IMG/VR virus record: IMGVR_UViG_3300033180_000002
Span: 1 to 57,126 of that record
Source of the DNA: a virus
DNA length: 57,126 nucleotides
Direction: 5' to 3' (one strand)
Of the stretch, positions 23,015 through 32,141 are shown piece by piece. Position numbers and translations under genes: made by a program. Under the pieces are notes generated by a model that was not told the DNA's origin, made no database searches, and saw only the letters and a list, made by a program, of their open reading frames with translations. Position 1 is the stretch's first letter. Each line of letters opens with the position of its first letter.

Positions 23015-23397
23015 CGAATCCCGCCTACGGCACTGCCGACCACGCCCGCATGATCACCTTCGGACGCGACCCCGGCGTCCAGACCGCGATGGCCTGGCTG
23101 GCGTTCTCCCACCTGCCCGAGAAGCTTCAGAGCCTGTCCCGGCCCACCTACGAGGTCGCCGCCGACCTTCTGCGCCGCATCCCGAACGACTCGGCCGAGC
23201 TGACCACCGCGCTCAACAGGCTCGTCGAAGCGAAGGACTGGTTCATGCGTGCGGGCATCCGCAGCGACCAGGGTATGCCCGGCCCGGTGCCGCGCCCGGC
23301 CACCGTCGTGGACCCTCCCGCAGTGCCCCAGGTGCGGACCACCCGGGATCTCCCGACGTTCGGGGCACGCCCGATCCAGGATCGGCCTCAGGCGTGA
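23011..23397 (+). CDS. hypothetical protein (128 aa)
   Basis: The ATG at 23011 overlaps the HNH stop as ATGA (MTNPAYGTADHARMITFG...). Confidence 0.5.
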   Translation: MTNPAYGTADHARMITFGRDPGVQTAMAWLAFSHLPEKLQSLSRPTYEVAADLLRRIPNDSAELTTALNRLVEAKDWFMRAGIRSDQGMPGPVPRPATVVDPPAVPQVRTTRDLPTFGARPIQDRPQA

Positions 23398-23399
23398 GC

Positions 23400-23885
23400 A
23401 TGCCCATCGTTCACCAGCACGGTCAGCACGACTGGCACACGCACACAGGCGACGACTACCGGACGCACCAGGAGCCCCTGGACGACGAGCGGGGGCCGAT
23501 GCCTGTCGTCAAGGGCCACCCGGCGCAGCTCACCGACGGCTTCCACACGATGGAGGAGCTGTACGACCATCGTCGCGCGCTCACGGCGACGCTGGCCGCT
23601 GAGCGCGCCGACATCTCCTGGCGGTCCAAGGCGCACCACCCCAACGACGGCCCCATGTTCGAGGGCGGCTACTTCATCGTGGGGATCGACACGCCCCACG
23701 GCACGATCACCTACCACTACAAGCTGTCGCACTGGGACGACTTCGCCGAAGTGCCCGAGGTGGAGCACGCGCCCAAGTGGGACGGTGCGACGGCGGGCGA
23801 CACCGTGACCCGGCTTCTGGACTGGGCGCGCGGCGCCGGGGTGGTGCCACTGAGCATGACGGCCGACACGCCCCGGACGCGGTGA
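23400..23885 (+). CDS. hypothetical protein (161 aa)
   Basis: The ATG at 23400 lies inside ORF 22953..23885 (MPIVHQHGQHDWHTH...GTITYHYKLSHWDDF). Confidence 0.5.
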   Translation: MPIVHQHGQHDWHTHTGDDYRTHQEPLDDERGPMPVVKGHPAQLTDGFHTMEELYDHRRALTATLAAERADISWRSKAHHPNDGPMFEGGYFIVGIDTPHGTITYHYKLSHWDDFAEVPEVEHAPKWDGATAGDTVTRLLDWARGAGVVPLSMTADTPRTR

Positions 23886-24022
23886 ACAGTCGGGGCCGAC
23901 GGACGCAGCGCCGGGCGGAGGAGCGGCACGCCGCTACCGCCCGGCGTCTGGAACTGCTGCCGCTCCAGCGGTCCTACCGGCCCAAGCGCCGCAAGGGCAA
24001 GATCAAAAACGACAGGGGGTAG
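23882..24022 (+). CDS. small basic protein (46 aa), tentative
   Basis: It has a GTGA overlap with the previous stop and is very Arg/Lys-rich. Confidence 0.3.
   Translation: MNSRGRRTQRRAEERHAATARRLELLPLQRSYRPKRRKGKIKNDRG
24001..24010 (+). repeat. AT-rich motif copy (GATCAAAAAC)
   Basis: Context CAAGATCAAAAACGA; at the end of the plus-strand block. Confidence 0.8.
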
Positions 24023-24170
24023 GCCGGTGGCCAGAATGCTGGGCAAGTCGTACGCCGTCTGGGCCCGCATCAAACTCCCGGACGGCGGCGCCGTCTACGG
24101 TGCCCGGATCGGACAGCGGCGGAGCCGCCGGATCAAGCGAGCGCGAGAGGCGGCCGAGCTGCGGCGCGGC

Positions 24171-24524
24171 CTACGGGCCGAGCAGTGAATACGGGGCAAC
24201 CTTGAGCTGCGTGGAGTCAACATTCCACAGGAGCTGCGATCCGTAGAACTGGATCGGGAACGGGCCGACAAGCTGCGTGCCGCTAGCCGACGTCGGGATC
24301 GTGTACGAACGCGGCCCCGCCGTCAGCCCGTCCACACCGGACACCACCGTCACGGTCAGGCCGTGCGTGGAGCCCGCATCGGAGTTGAGCACAGCGAGCA
24401 TGGTCGCCCCGTCGTTCGGGCTGACGTTGCCGTTGGTCACATCCCCGGCCACCGAAGGCGCCGGGAAGGCCGTCAGCGCGGTGCGGGTCACGCTGGTCAC
24501 GCTTGTCGGGGTACGCCCGGCCAT
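24171..24524 (-). CDS. hypothetical protein (117 aa), last gene of the minus-strand late series
   Basis: The ATG at 24524 (MAGRTPTSVTSVTRTALTAF...) is preceded by GAGGGG. The upstream part of ORF 24171..24671 is junk. Confidence 0.5.
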   Translation of the reverse strand: MAGRTPTSVTSVTRTALTAFPAPSVAGDVTNGNVSPNDGATMLAVLNSDAGSTHGLTVTVVSGVDGLTAGPRSYTIPTSASGTQLVGPFPIQFYGSQLLWNVDSTQLKVAPYSLLGP

Positions 24525-24591
24525 GGCCCCTCGTTTCGGATAGTCGCTGCGGTCCGCCCCCGGCCAGGTTCTGGCCAGGGGCGGCCTCAGT

Positions 24592-24879
24592 CTAGAAGGA
24601 GTTCGGCGGCGGCTTCGTGATGCCATGGCCCGGCACAAGGTGCTCCGGCACAAGCTTGCGGCCGAGGTCATCCTTCGGGTTCGCCACCGGGGTCGTGTGC
24701 TGCCGTGCGTACGCGGTCAGCACCACCTGGAGCACCCCGGCGGCAACGTCCGCCCAGTGCGCCACGGTGCCCGTGAGCACGCCGCTGGACTGGAGCACCA
24801 CCAGGACCGCAAGGACCGTGGTGGCCCACACGACCAGCGTGGCGATCGGCGCCTTCTTGAACGGGTTCACCCCTGCCAC
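24592..24879 (-). CDS. membrane protein, holin-like (two hydrophobic helices)
   Basis: Translation gives KAPIATLVVWATTVLAVLVVLQSSGVLTGTVAHWADVAAGVLQVVLTAYA. It lies directly after the endolysin. Confidence 0.5.
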   Translation of the reverse strand: MAGVNPFKKAPIATLVVWATTVLAVLVVLQSSGVLTGTVAHWADVAAGVLQVVLTAYARQHTTPVANPKDDLGRKLVPEHLVPGHGITKPPPNSF

Positions 24880-25736
24880 CTCACGCCCATCTGACCCCAG
24901 GTCACCCTGCCGACCTCACCGTCGACCTTGACGCTGCGCATGTCCTGGTACCACCGGACACCCGCCGCCGTCTTGGCGCCGTACTTACCGTCGGCCGGAC
25001 CGCAGTGCTTCGAGCCGATGAAGCGCTGGACGAACGTCACGTCCGGCCCGACCATGTCCGGGTTGGCGGACTTGAGCGTGCGCGTGCCGGGGGCGTGGGT
25101 GCCCGGCTTGACCGGCGGCTTCGGCGCGGGCGGCTTCGGCGCCGGGCACGGGTTGAAGACCGGCGTGCCGCCCTGCGCGGACAGGTCATAGCCGGTACAG
25201 GTCGCGCTGTTGCTGTGCGAACTGCCATGCTTGCCGGAGATGTGCACGTGGCTGGTGTGCGGGTCGGAGCCGAGGTACGTACGGGCCGCCCAGCCGACCG
25301 TGACCGACCAGATCACCCTGTTGTGGATCACGTACTGAAGGTCGCCCGGGTGCCCCAAGCACTCATCCACGATGGCCTGCGCGCGAGTGCCCGTCACCAT
25401 CGGGTCGATGGCGTGCACCACCCCGGACGAGTCCTTGTTGTGGTCAGAGCATTCGGCCTGGTGTGCGGCGTCGCCGATCCAGCCGATGACGATGCCGGTA
25501 CCCCAGCACGCCCAGATCTTCTGCCGCCGCACGTCGAGGTTGTGCGCAAGCGTCGCCGTGGCGGCCATCGGGACGGCGAAAATGCTCAGGTCGAACGTGT
25601 CGACCACGGCCGGGTATTCACCGAACGGGTCGTGGGCGGGGGCATCCGGACCGATGTACTGCTCGTAGCCGCCGCCGCCCTGGTCCGTGGTCGGGCCGGT
25701 GAAGTCGGCCAGCGTGATCGTGTCGTCAGGCTGCAT
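24867..25736 (-). CDS. endolysin: putative zinc-peptidase-like catalytic domain plus a C-terminal peptidoglycan-binding domain
   Basis: The ATG at 25736 has a GAGGAGGAG ribosome-binding site. The catalytic region has HQAECSDH...SHVHISG, and the C-terminus GPDVTFVQRFIG...DGKYGAKTAAGVRWYQ...VDGEVGRVTW is PG_binding_1-like. Confidence 0.65.
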   Translation of the reverse strand: MQPDDTITLADFTGPTTDQGGGGYEQYIGPDAPAHDPFGEYPAVVDTFDLSIFAVPMAATATLAHNLDVRRQKIWACWGTGIVIGWIGDAAHQAECSDHNKDSSGVVHAIDPMVTGTRAQAIVDECLGHPGDLQYVIHNRVIWSVTVGWAARTYLGSDPHTSHVHISGKHGSSHSNSATCTGYDLSAQGGTPVFNPCPAPKPPAPKPPVKPGTHAPGTRTLKSANPDMVGPDVTFVQRFIGSKHCGPADGKYGAKTAAGVRWYQDMRSVKVDGEVGRVTWGQMGVRWQG

Positions 25737-26094
25737 GTGTCTGCGTCTCCTCCTCGTCAGCCGGTCGGCTGTCTGCCTCACCGTACGCCCCGGCCTGTCG
25801 GTACCGGCGGAGAAGCTGAAGATCGAAAATGATCCAGGCACGCCACGCGAGCACCACCGGCATCCCCACGGTGAGCGAGCCCGCGCGCAGCCAGGCGAAC
25901 CAGGGTGCGTCGCCGAACAGGACGCGGACCACGGCGAGGTCGAGCACCCACGTGAGCACCAGCATGTACCAGAAGACATGCCAGCCGCCCCGGGAGCGCC
26001 AGAAGCGGGCCAGGGTCGTGAAGCCGATGAGGCCGACGGTGGAGAAGGCGGCCGAGATGTAGACGCCTACAGTGCCGAGCTGTTCGGGGGTCAC
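25726..26094 (-). CDS. multi-pass membrane protein (holin candidate)
   Basis: 122 aa with about four hydrophobic segments. It lies immediately upstream of the endolysin. Confidence 0.5.
   Translation of the reverse strand: MTPEQLGTVGVYISAAFSTVGLIGFTTLARFWRSRGGWHVFWYMLVLTWVLDLAVVRVLFGDAPWFAWLRAGSLTVGMPVVLAWRAWIIFDLQLLRRYRQAGAYGEADSRPADEEETQTHAA
25821..25830 (+). repeat. AT-rich motif near-copy (GATCGAAAAT)
   Basis: Context GAAGATCGAAAATGA; antisense to the holin-like gene. Confidence 0.7.
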
Positions 26095-26300
26095 TCGCCA
26101 CCTCGCAAAACTGCATCGATCAGTGGGCCGAGATGGTTCTCCGCGCGCAGCCTTTGCAGGGAGGCGGTCACGGCATCCACGCGCGGGGCGATCCTCTCGA
26201 CCTGGCGCTGCTGCTCCTCGGCGTCATCGCGCAGGCGTTCAGCCTGGCGCACCGCCTCCTCGGCCTGCTCCAGCTTCCTACGCCACCGACGCCACGTCAC
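26091..26300 (-). CDS. coiled-coil small protein (69 aa)
   Basis: ORF track entry. It is charged and helical, and has 4-nt overlaps with both neighbours. Confidence 0.5.
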   Translation of the reverse strand: MTWRRWRRKLEQAEEAVRQAERLRDDAEEQQRQVERIAPRVDAVTASLQRLRAENHLGPLIDAVLRGGE

Positions 26301-26611
26301 GAGGTACCACCTCGGCCTCTAGTGTCCCCCCGGGCGGCACGCTGGTGCAGGGCCTTAAGGACTTTGTCCTGATTCTCCGCAAGCACCATCAGCTTCCCCA
26401 CCGAGTCCACGAGTGATTCGACGCTCTTAGTATTGGCGGCCACTCCGGTTTCGGCGATCTCGGCCCGCTTTTCGGCACCCTCCCGCAGCAGATCGGCCAC
26501 ACGGCTGGAAAGAATCTTCCCCCTAAGCAGGGAATAGAACACCGTGAGCAGTGCCGAAACCAGGACTCCGATCAGATACCAGGGCAGATTCTGCGCGTTC
26601 ACCAAGGTCAT
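26297..26611 (-). CDS. N-terminally anchored membrane protein (104 aa)
   Basis: LPWYLIGVLVSALLTVFYSLL is followed by a helical region. Confidence 0.5.
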   Translation of the reverse strand: MTLVNAQNLPWYLIGVLVSALLTVFYSLLRGKILSSRVADLLREGAEKRAEIAETGVAANTKSVESLVDSVGKLMVLAENQDKVLKALHQRAARGDTRGRGGTS

Positions 26612-26665
26612 GATGCCCCGTTCCCCTAATCCAGATAGATCATCCTTTCATAAAGGTCTGATGAA

Positions 26666-27292
26666 TCAGCCGACGGTGGGCAGCCCGACCATCAACAGGC
26701 TGAGGGTAGGCGGGATCACATTGTCCGTATTGAACGGCCCCGCCGGGGTACCCGTCCAGAACATCTTCAGCTCCAGGAAGTCGCCCGCCGCAAGCTTCCA
26801 CATCGAGATAGCCGATGCCCACTGCTGGCCCGTCACCGTGCTGATCGGGCCCCACTTCGTCCCCTGCACGTTGGGGGCGCCCGTAGCGCCGTTCAAGGCG
26901 ATCGTGGCCTGGATGCACCCGGCCGTGCCCAGCGCGGAGCCCAGGTTGATACCGGCGAAGGCGGTAGCCAGCACCACACACGGGGCGGGCGCGGTCAGCC
27001 TGGTCGGCGCCGCCGCGTTATACCAGGATCCATTGGCCAGCGGACTATTCGCCCCGTTGTTCAGCCCAACCGTGTCGAAGGTGATCGTGGTCAAGGTGCC
27101 CTTCGTGATGCTCTGCACCGCGCCACGCGAAACCGAGACCGATGAGAGCCGCGTGAAGTTGGCGGCCAGCGTCGCAGTCGCGACCAGCCCCTGATCGATG
27201 TCCTGCGCCATCGACTGCACATCCGTGGCGGAGACGACATCATCCGTCCAGGGGTAACGCAGCCGCAGATACGGGGTCCTACGCATCGTCAT
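26666..27292 (-). CDS. minor tail protein (fibre/receptor-binding type)
   Basis: The N-terminus LRLRYPWTDDVVSATDVQSMAQDIDQGL parallels the N-terminus of the upstream gene. The body is beta-rich and Gly/Thr/Ala-rich. Confidence 0.55.
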   Translation of the reverse strand: MTMRRTPYLRLRYPWTDDVVSATDVQSMAQDIDQGLVATATLAANFTRLSSVSVSRGAVQSITKGTLTTITFDTVGLNNGANSPLANGSWYNAAAPTRLTAPAPCVVLATAFAGINLGSALGTAGCIQATIALNGATGAPNVQGTKWGPISTVTGQQWASAISMWKLAAGDFLELKMFWTGTPAGPFNTDNVIPPTLSLLMVGLPTVG

Positions 27293-27293
27293 A

Positions 27294-27890
27294 TCAGGTC
27301 ACCGGCCCCAGATACATGCCCCAGAAACGCGAGCCACTTTGGACCGCCTTCTGAGTGCTTCCGTTGAGCAGGAGCGTCGCATCGGCCGACCCCTGATAGA
27401 TGGGCGCCATGGCGAACAGATTGATCCACTCACCGTTGGTGTTGGTCTCGTCGTTCCGCTGGTAGAAGTTGGTCGTAGAAACGACCGTTGTCACCTGGTC
27501 GGTCGTGTTGACAGCAATCTTCCCCATGCACATATCGCCGACCACCGGCGTGCCCGAGACGATATTGACCAGGATCGTGGCACCGAACATCCACCACGAA
27601 GGCTGCTCACTGAACGGCTGATTCCACGTGGAGTCGCCGACCGTGAGCCCCCCCGTGTTGTCCCACTCGACGGCACCGACAACCAGATTCTGCGAGCCCG
27701 CGATGAACCCGCTTCCCGTGGCCGTCTGCCGTCCGATGAACGACGGGCGGCCCAGGAACGCCCGGAAGGGCGCCTGCTCGGCGCGCAAGTCAGCATCGAT
27801 CGCCATCGCCAGCCGGAAGGAGTCCTGCACGTCCGCGAAGTCGGTCGTGAAGGGATACGGGTAGCCCTCAGTGGGGGTGGTTCCGCTCAT
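27294..27890 (-). CDS. minor tail protein (198 aa)
   Basis: The ATG at 27890 overlaps the upstream stop as ATGA. Translation gives GYPYPFTTDFADVQDSFRLAMAIDADL. Confidence 0.55.
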   Translation of the reverse strand: MSGTTPTEGYPYPFTTDFADVQDSFRLAMAIDADLRAEQAPFRAFLGRPSFIGRQTATGSGFIAGSQNLVVGAVEWDNTGGLTVGDSTWNQPFSEQPSWWMFGATILVNIVSGTPVVGDMCMGKIAVNTTDQVTTVVSTTNFYQRNDETNTNGEWINLFAMAPIYQGSADATLLLNGSTQKAVQSGSRFWGMYLGPVT

Positions 27891-29116
27891 ATGAAGTAGT
27901 CCGAGACCTTGATGGCGGACAGGGCCATGTATTCGATGACGTATGTCGTCGCGAGGTTGTTCGGAAAGAACGACAGGCCGCATCGGATCGGCGCCGTCGG
28001 ATCAGAGGAGTAGGTCAGAGCGGACGCATGCCCGCACCCGCCGACGCCCTCATCGTTTGACTGCACCGCATTGGACCGCATGTCGAATGCGACCTTCCCA
28101 AAGGTCGGGCCTCCGAAGAAGAATACGGAGAAGTAGTTGCTCGCGGCCTCAACAAGCCTAATCTCGAAGGTCGTAAGCCAGATGCCGACCGGCAGATAAA
28201 GCGCCCTGTTGTCGTACCCGAGATTGGTATTCGAGCCGATGTTGAACTCGGTCGTATTGAACGTGAGGCCACTGAACGTAGACGTATCGATGGTGACATT
28301 GCTGTTGCTGATACGCACGCGCGGGAACAACCCGGCAAGCGAGGTCAGCGGGTCAATGGTCGCCACTGCCGTGTCGGCCGCGCTGGCAAGCGACTGGAGG
28401 GCCGCCTGCTTCGGATACGTCACGGCCGGGTCGAAGCACATCGGGTCCGAGGTGGCAGGCATCGGCAGGCTGTACGAGTTGACCAGGACACTGCGGTACT
28501 TGGTGGTGATCGTCCCCACCACTGTGGACTCATCGCGGCCCATGATTCCGACCGATGTGCCCGAGCTGTAATCGGTGAGCGCCGCGTCGGTGCTGGACGC
28601 CATCCAGCCGCCCGGCTGCGTCGTGCCGACCGCCCACAGCTTCATCAACATGACGTTCGTCTGGAGGGGTCGGCTCCAGCGGATCGAGTACCGCAGGTTG
28701 TAGAAGGTGTTCGCGACATATGTCAGCCCGGTCACCAGGGTTGTCGAGATGGTGGAGAGACCTCCGCCGATGCGCTTGGAGAAGCGCAGCGAGACGGCAC
28801 CACCGGCGGCGACCATCATGGTTGCGACGTAGTAGTTGGAGGTGCTGGACAGCTTCGCGATGAAACCGGCGGTGGCCAGGTTGGTAATCGGGATCGCGGA
28901 CAGGGCCACCTGCGCGGTGATGTCGACGTCCTGCGTCAGGAGGTCGACATAGCCGAGGTTGTCCCCGGCTGCGGAGATCGCGATGTTGGCCGTGTTCGGC
29001 GCCACGCTGAACTGGGTAGCGACACCAGCCAGCGTGTACACCTGCCCCGAGGTGGCCGAGCCGAGGCCATTGGAGACGGTTCGGCCGAAGGTGTCGCTAT
29101 ATCCAGTGGTGACCAT
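27887..29116 (-). CDS. minor tail protein (409 aa)
   Basis: It lies in the tail-tip gene block and has a Ser/Thr/Gly/Ala-rich, beta-type composition. Confidence 0.55.
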   Translation of the reverse strand: MVTTGYSDTFGRTVSNGLGSATSGQVYTLAGVATQFSVAPNTANIAISAAGDNLGYVDLLTQDVDITAQVALSAIPITNLATAGFIAKLSSTSNYYVATMMVAAGGAVSLRFSKRIGGGLSTISTTLVTGLTYVANTFYNLRYSIRWSRPLQTNVMLMKLWAVGTTQPGGWMASSTDAALTDYSSGTSVGIMGRDESTVVGTITTKYRSVLVNSYSLPMPATSDPMCFDPAVTYPKQAALQSLASAADTAVATIDPLTSLAGLFPRVRISNSNVTIDTSTFSGLTFNTTEFNIGSNTNLGYDNRALYLPVGIWLTTFEIRLVEAASNYFSVFFFGGPTFGKVAFDMRSNAVQSNDEGVGGCGHASALTYSSDPTAPIRCGLSFFPNNLATTYVIEYMALSAIKVSDYFI

Positions 29117-29133
29117 TACTGCCTCAGGCCCCC

Positions 29134-29706
29134 TTATCCGATCAGGTTGTCGAGGAAGTATGAACCAGCGAACTGGAGGATGCCGGTAACCGAGTTGTCA
29201 TAGAGCCGCAGATTGCCCGACGCGTCTACGTGCAAGCTTGGCCGGGTGGTGCCCTGCGCACAGATGATGCCGCCCATCTCGCCGGGCGGCACCGGCAACC
29301 CGCTCACGATGATGAGGGAGCTCGCCGGGGCGACCGCAACGGTGATTTGCCCGACCATCTGGACCTCGGTGGCGGTAACCCGGTACTGGCCCGGCGGGTA
29401 GACGGTGCCCCGGTCTGACCATCCGTTCTGGTAGCCGCCGGGGAGGCTGGAGAATCGCACCCAGTTGCCCGCCGGGGAGGCTGCCGTGGGGCCGAGGATC
29501 AGCCAGGAGGAGTCCTGCCGGAACACGGCGACCACATCGCCCACCACCGGCGCGTACGAGGTGAGCACCCCGACCCCGGCCGTGAACTCCCCACCGGACA
29601 CGGAGATCGTGACGGAAGTGCCGGAGACGGCGGTGATGGTGGCCGTGCGCATCCCGTTGGGGATGCCAGCGGTCTTCTGTGTCTGGTGCGCCAGCCTGGT
29701 CGTCAC
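29134..29706 (-). CDS. minor tail protein (190 aa)
   Basis: Called from its position and composition. Confidence 0.5.
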   Translation of the reverse strand: MTTRLAHQTQKTAGIPNGMRTATITAVSGTSVTISVSGGEFTAGVGVLTSYAPVVGDVVAVFRQDSSWLILGPTAASPAGNWVRFSSLPGGYQNGWSDRGTVYPPGQYRVTATEVQMVGQITVAVAPASSLIIVSGLPVPPGEMGGIICAQGTTRPSLHVDASGNLRLYDNSVTGILQFAGSYFLDNLIG

Positions 29707-30845
29707 GATGTCACCGGGGCGTACGCGCGCAGGCTCAAGGACATCTCTCCGGTCTCGCGCAACGGCAACGTGAACCCGACGATCACCTGCGTGCTCGCGG
29801 CGCCCTCGGCGTTCATGGCGATCAGGTCGCCCAGCTCCAAGGACGCGTCAGGAACGATCGACACCGGATCCCAGGTCTGGGTGATGGCGGTCGCGGCTTT
29901 CAGGGCGCTCTGGGCGGCTTGCAGGCACTGCGACTGCGTCAGCGCCGACTGGTTCTGGATCAGGAGCGGCTTGCGGCCGAAGTTGCCCAGGTAGTTGGTG
30001 GGGCTCCCCGCCGTGACGTCGCGGACCGTGGCGAAGACCGGCGCCGTACCGTCCTGCCGCTCCGAGGCGAAGACCACCGAGTTGTAGACGCCCGTCCGGG
30101 ACACGGTGATCGTCCAGTCCGCGACGGCGTTATTCACTCCCGGCGCCGCGTTGGTGCCGTCCGCCAGCGTCACCTGCGCGACCTGGCCCGGCTTCGTCCA
30201 CGGCACGAACCGCTGCACGAACGATCCGTCGGCCAGCGGATACCACAGCATCGCGACGGTCGCGCTCATGTCGTCCAGGGCCTGCGCCCGGTCACTCTGC
30301 CACGCCAGCGGCGGGATCAGCACGCCCGTCAGGTCGCTGGTGCCGAACGTGGCGTCGGACAGCGCGCCGCTCACGAGCCTGCGGAACTCGGTGCTGATCG
30401 TGTTGGCAGGAATCGACGACTGCGGAGTCTCGAACTGTGCGTCCACCACGTCGGCGGCGAGGTCGTTGGCGCTCACACTGACTTGCCCGTTGCGGCCCAT
30501 CTGAACCTGCTCGATGCGCCCGTAAAACACCGGGAAGGACGCCTGAGAGCCGTCCCCGTAGAGGATCCCCCGGGAGGCGCGCAGCCGATTCCCGAACGGG
30601 GTCAGCAGGCCGCCTGTATCGATGCTCCCGTTGCTCGCGAGCGGGAACCAGGACCGGGCTACCGACAAGCCCAGAACGCGCGCTACGCGGCTGTTCAGGG
30701 TGGCGCGCACACTGCCGTCGATGATCGGCAGGTTGGACAGCAGGACGTTGCCCTGCCGGTCGAGTACGTCGATCTGGTTGAAGACCGTGTGCGGGCGCGT
30801 CAGTGCGTCCCGGTACTGCGCGTCTAGACCCCCGGCCCACACCAT
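29703..30845 (-). CDS. minor tail protein (tail-tip/Tal-like N-domain)
   Basis: 380 aa, the second gene after the tape measure. Confidence 0.55.
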   Translation of the reverse strand: MVWAGGLDAQYRDALTRPHTVFNQIDVLDRQGNVLLSNLPIIDGSVRATLNSRVARVLGLSVARSWFPLASNGSIDTGGLLTPFGNRLRASRGILYGDGSQASFPVFYGRIEQVQMGRNGQVSVSANDLAADVVDAQFETPQSSIPANTISTEFRRLVSGALSDATFGTSDLTGVLIPPLAWQSDRAQALDDMSATVAMLWYPLADGSFVQRFVPWTKPGQVAQVTLADGTNAAPGVNNAVADWTITVSRTGVYNSVVFASERQDGTAPVFATVRDVTAGSPTNYLGNFGRKPLLIQNQSALTQSQCLQAAQSALKAATAITQTWDPVSIVPDASLELGDLIAMNAEGAASTQVIVGFTLPLRETGEMSLSLRAYAPVTS

Positions 30846-32137
30846 CAGCCCGCCAGCCCGTCCAGAACCTGAGTCCAGGTCAGCCCGGCGGCGTTGACGG
30901 CCGCCCAGGTCGCGTACCGGTTGCAGGTGTCCTGCCAGCGGACCCCCACAGTGCCCTGCATGGGGCCGCCCGGGGAGCTGACGACCGCGTGCGGCAGCGA
31001 GAACACCCGGATGGGGAACCTGTGGTCAGGCAGCACCCGACTCTTCGTCACGGCCCCCACGGACACGTACCGGTCCGGCAGGCCGTATTCGTCGGGGGCC
31101 TGGAACAGCAGCGGCGACCCCGGCGCCAACAGTGCGTCCAGCCGGTCACGATCGGGGAAGGTGCGGCTGACCAGCGTCAGGGTCGACGTGACCGAGCTGC
31201 GCTGCTTCGAGACGACAACCGGATTCGGCTGGTTGTTGATGTTGAACGTCGCCGCGTTGGCAGCCTGGTCCTCGGTGTCCAGGCTCTGCCAGAAGACACC
31301 CTCCGCCGGGATGCACAGCGGGTTCGGGTCGAACGCGAAGTCGACCCGCACGTTGTTGCCGGGCCGTAGCGGATCCTTGAACCGGCAGGCGCCCAGCGAC
31401 GGCAGGAGCACCCCGCCCGAGGTCGCCGAGCCCGCATTGTTCGCGAGGATGATCGAGCTGACGCTGACCACGACCGTGGCGGCCGGAGTGCCGACCATCT
31501 GAATGAACATCCGAACCGCCACCGTGTTGGCCGGGGCGGCGGCGGTGGCGGTGATGGTGGTCGCGGCGAGCACGGTAGCGGTGCTGGATCCCCCGCCGAG
31601 GACGGCGCCCGTGGCGTCGAGGAAGTCGAAGCCCACCGTGACGGACTGCGAAACGTTGGCCGAGACGATGGCCGTCACGGTGAAGGTGGCGCCCGGGGTG
31701 GCCGCGACATCCTCCGCGCGGATCGTCGGAGTGCCCACGGTGCCGTCAGTGAAGAAGGCCATGAAGTCGGCCCCGGACTGCGAGGAGGTGGGCCGGATGG
31801 TGGCGGCCGTGTTGGTCGGAACCCACGGATCGGTGTAGCCGCCCGAGAACGTCGGGTTGGCGTTCAGGGTCGCCACGGGGGCGGTGACGGTGTAGTAGAC
31901 CGCGCCGTCCAGCGGCGCCTCCGTGTCGTACAGGACCGCCTTGTACCCGGCCTGCATGGGCGCGTACGCCACACCGGCGATGGTCGTCGAGGAGCCGTGG
32001 CCGCGCACCTGCGTGGCCGCCCCAGTGACCGGATCGACCCGGTTCACGAGGGCATACGGGGCGTCGATGTCGCTGAAATCCAGGTCGAGCCGGACTTGCG
32101 CCTTCGCTACATCGACGGTCGCGACGATCGTGGACAC
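30845..32137 (-). CDS. minor tail protein (distal-tail-protein position)
   Basis: 430 aa, immediately after the tape measure. Confidence 0.55.
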   Translation of the reverse strand: MSTIVATVDVAKAQVRLDLDFSDIDAPYALVNRVDPVTGAATQVRGHGSSTTIAGVAYAPMQAGYKAVLYDTEAPLDGAVYYTVTAPVATLNANPTFSGGYTDPWVPTNTAATIRPTSSQSGADFMAFFTDGTVGTPTIRAEDVAATPGATFTVTAIVSANVSQSVTVGFDFLDATGAVLGGGSSTATVLAATTITATAAAPANTVAVRMFIQMVGTPAATVVVSVSSIILANNAGSATSGGVLLPSLGACRFKDPLRPGNNVRVDFAFDPNPLCIPAEGVFWQSLDTEDQAANAATFNINNQPNPVVVSKQRSSVTSTLTLVSRTFPDRDRLDALLAPGSPLLFQAPDEYGLPDRYVSVGAVTKSRVLPDHRFPIRVFSLPHAVVSSPGGPMQGTVGVRWQDTCNRYATWAAVNAAGLTWTQVLDGLAG

Positions 32138-32141
32138 CCGC

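Noticed and set aside
24027-24188. A possible 53-aa plus-strand ORF (VARMLGKSYAVWARIKLPDGG...) at the end of the early block.
   Set aside because: It is very Arg-rich, it overlaps the convergent gene 24171..24524 by 18 nt, and only a weak ribosome-binding site is present. That is too uncertain to list as a feature.
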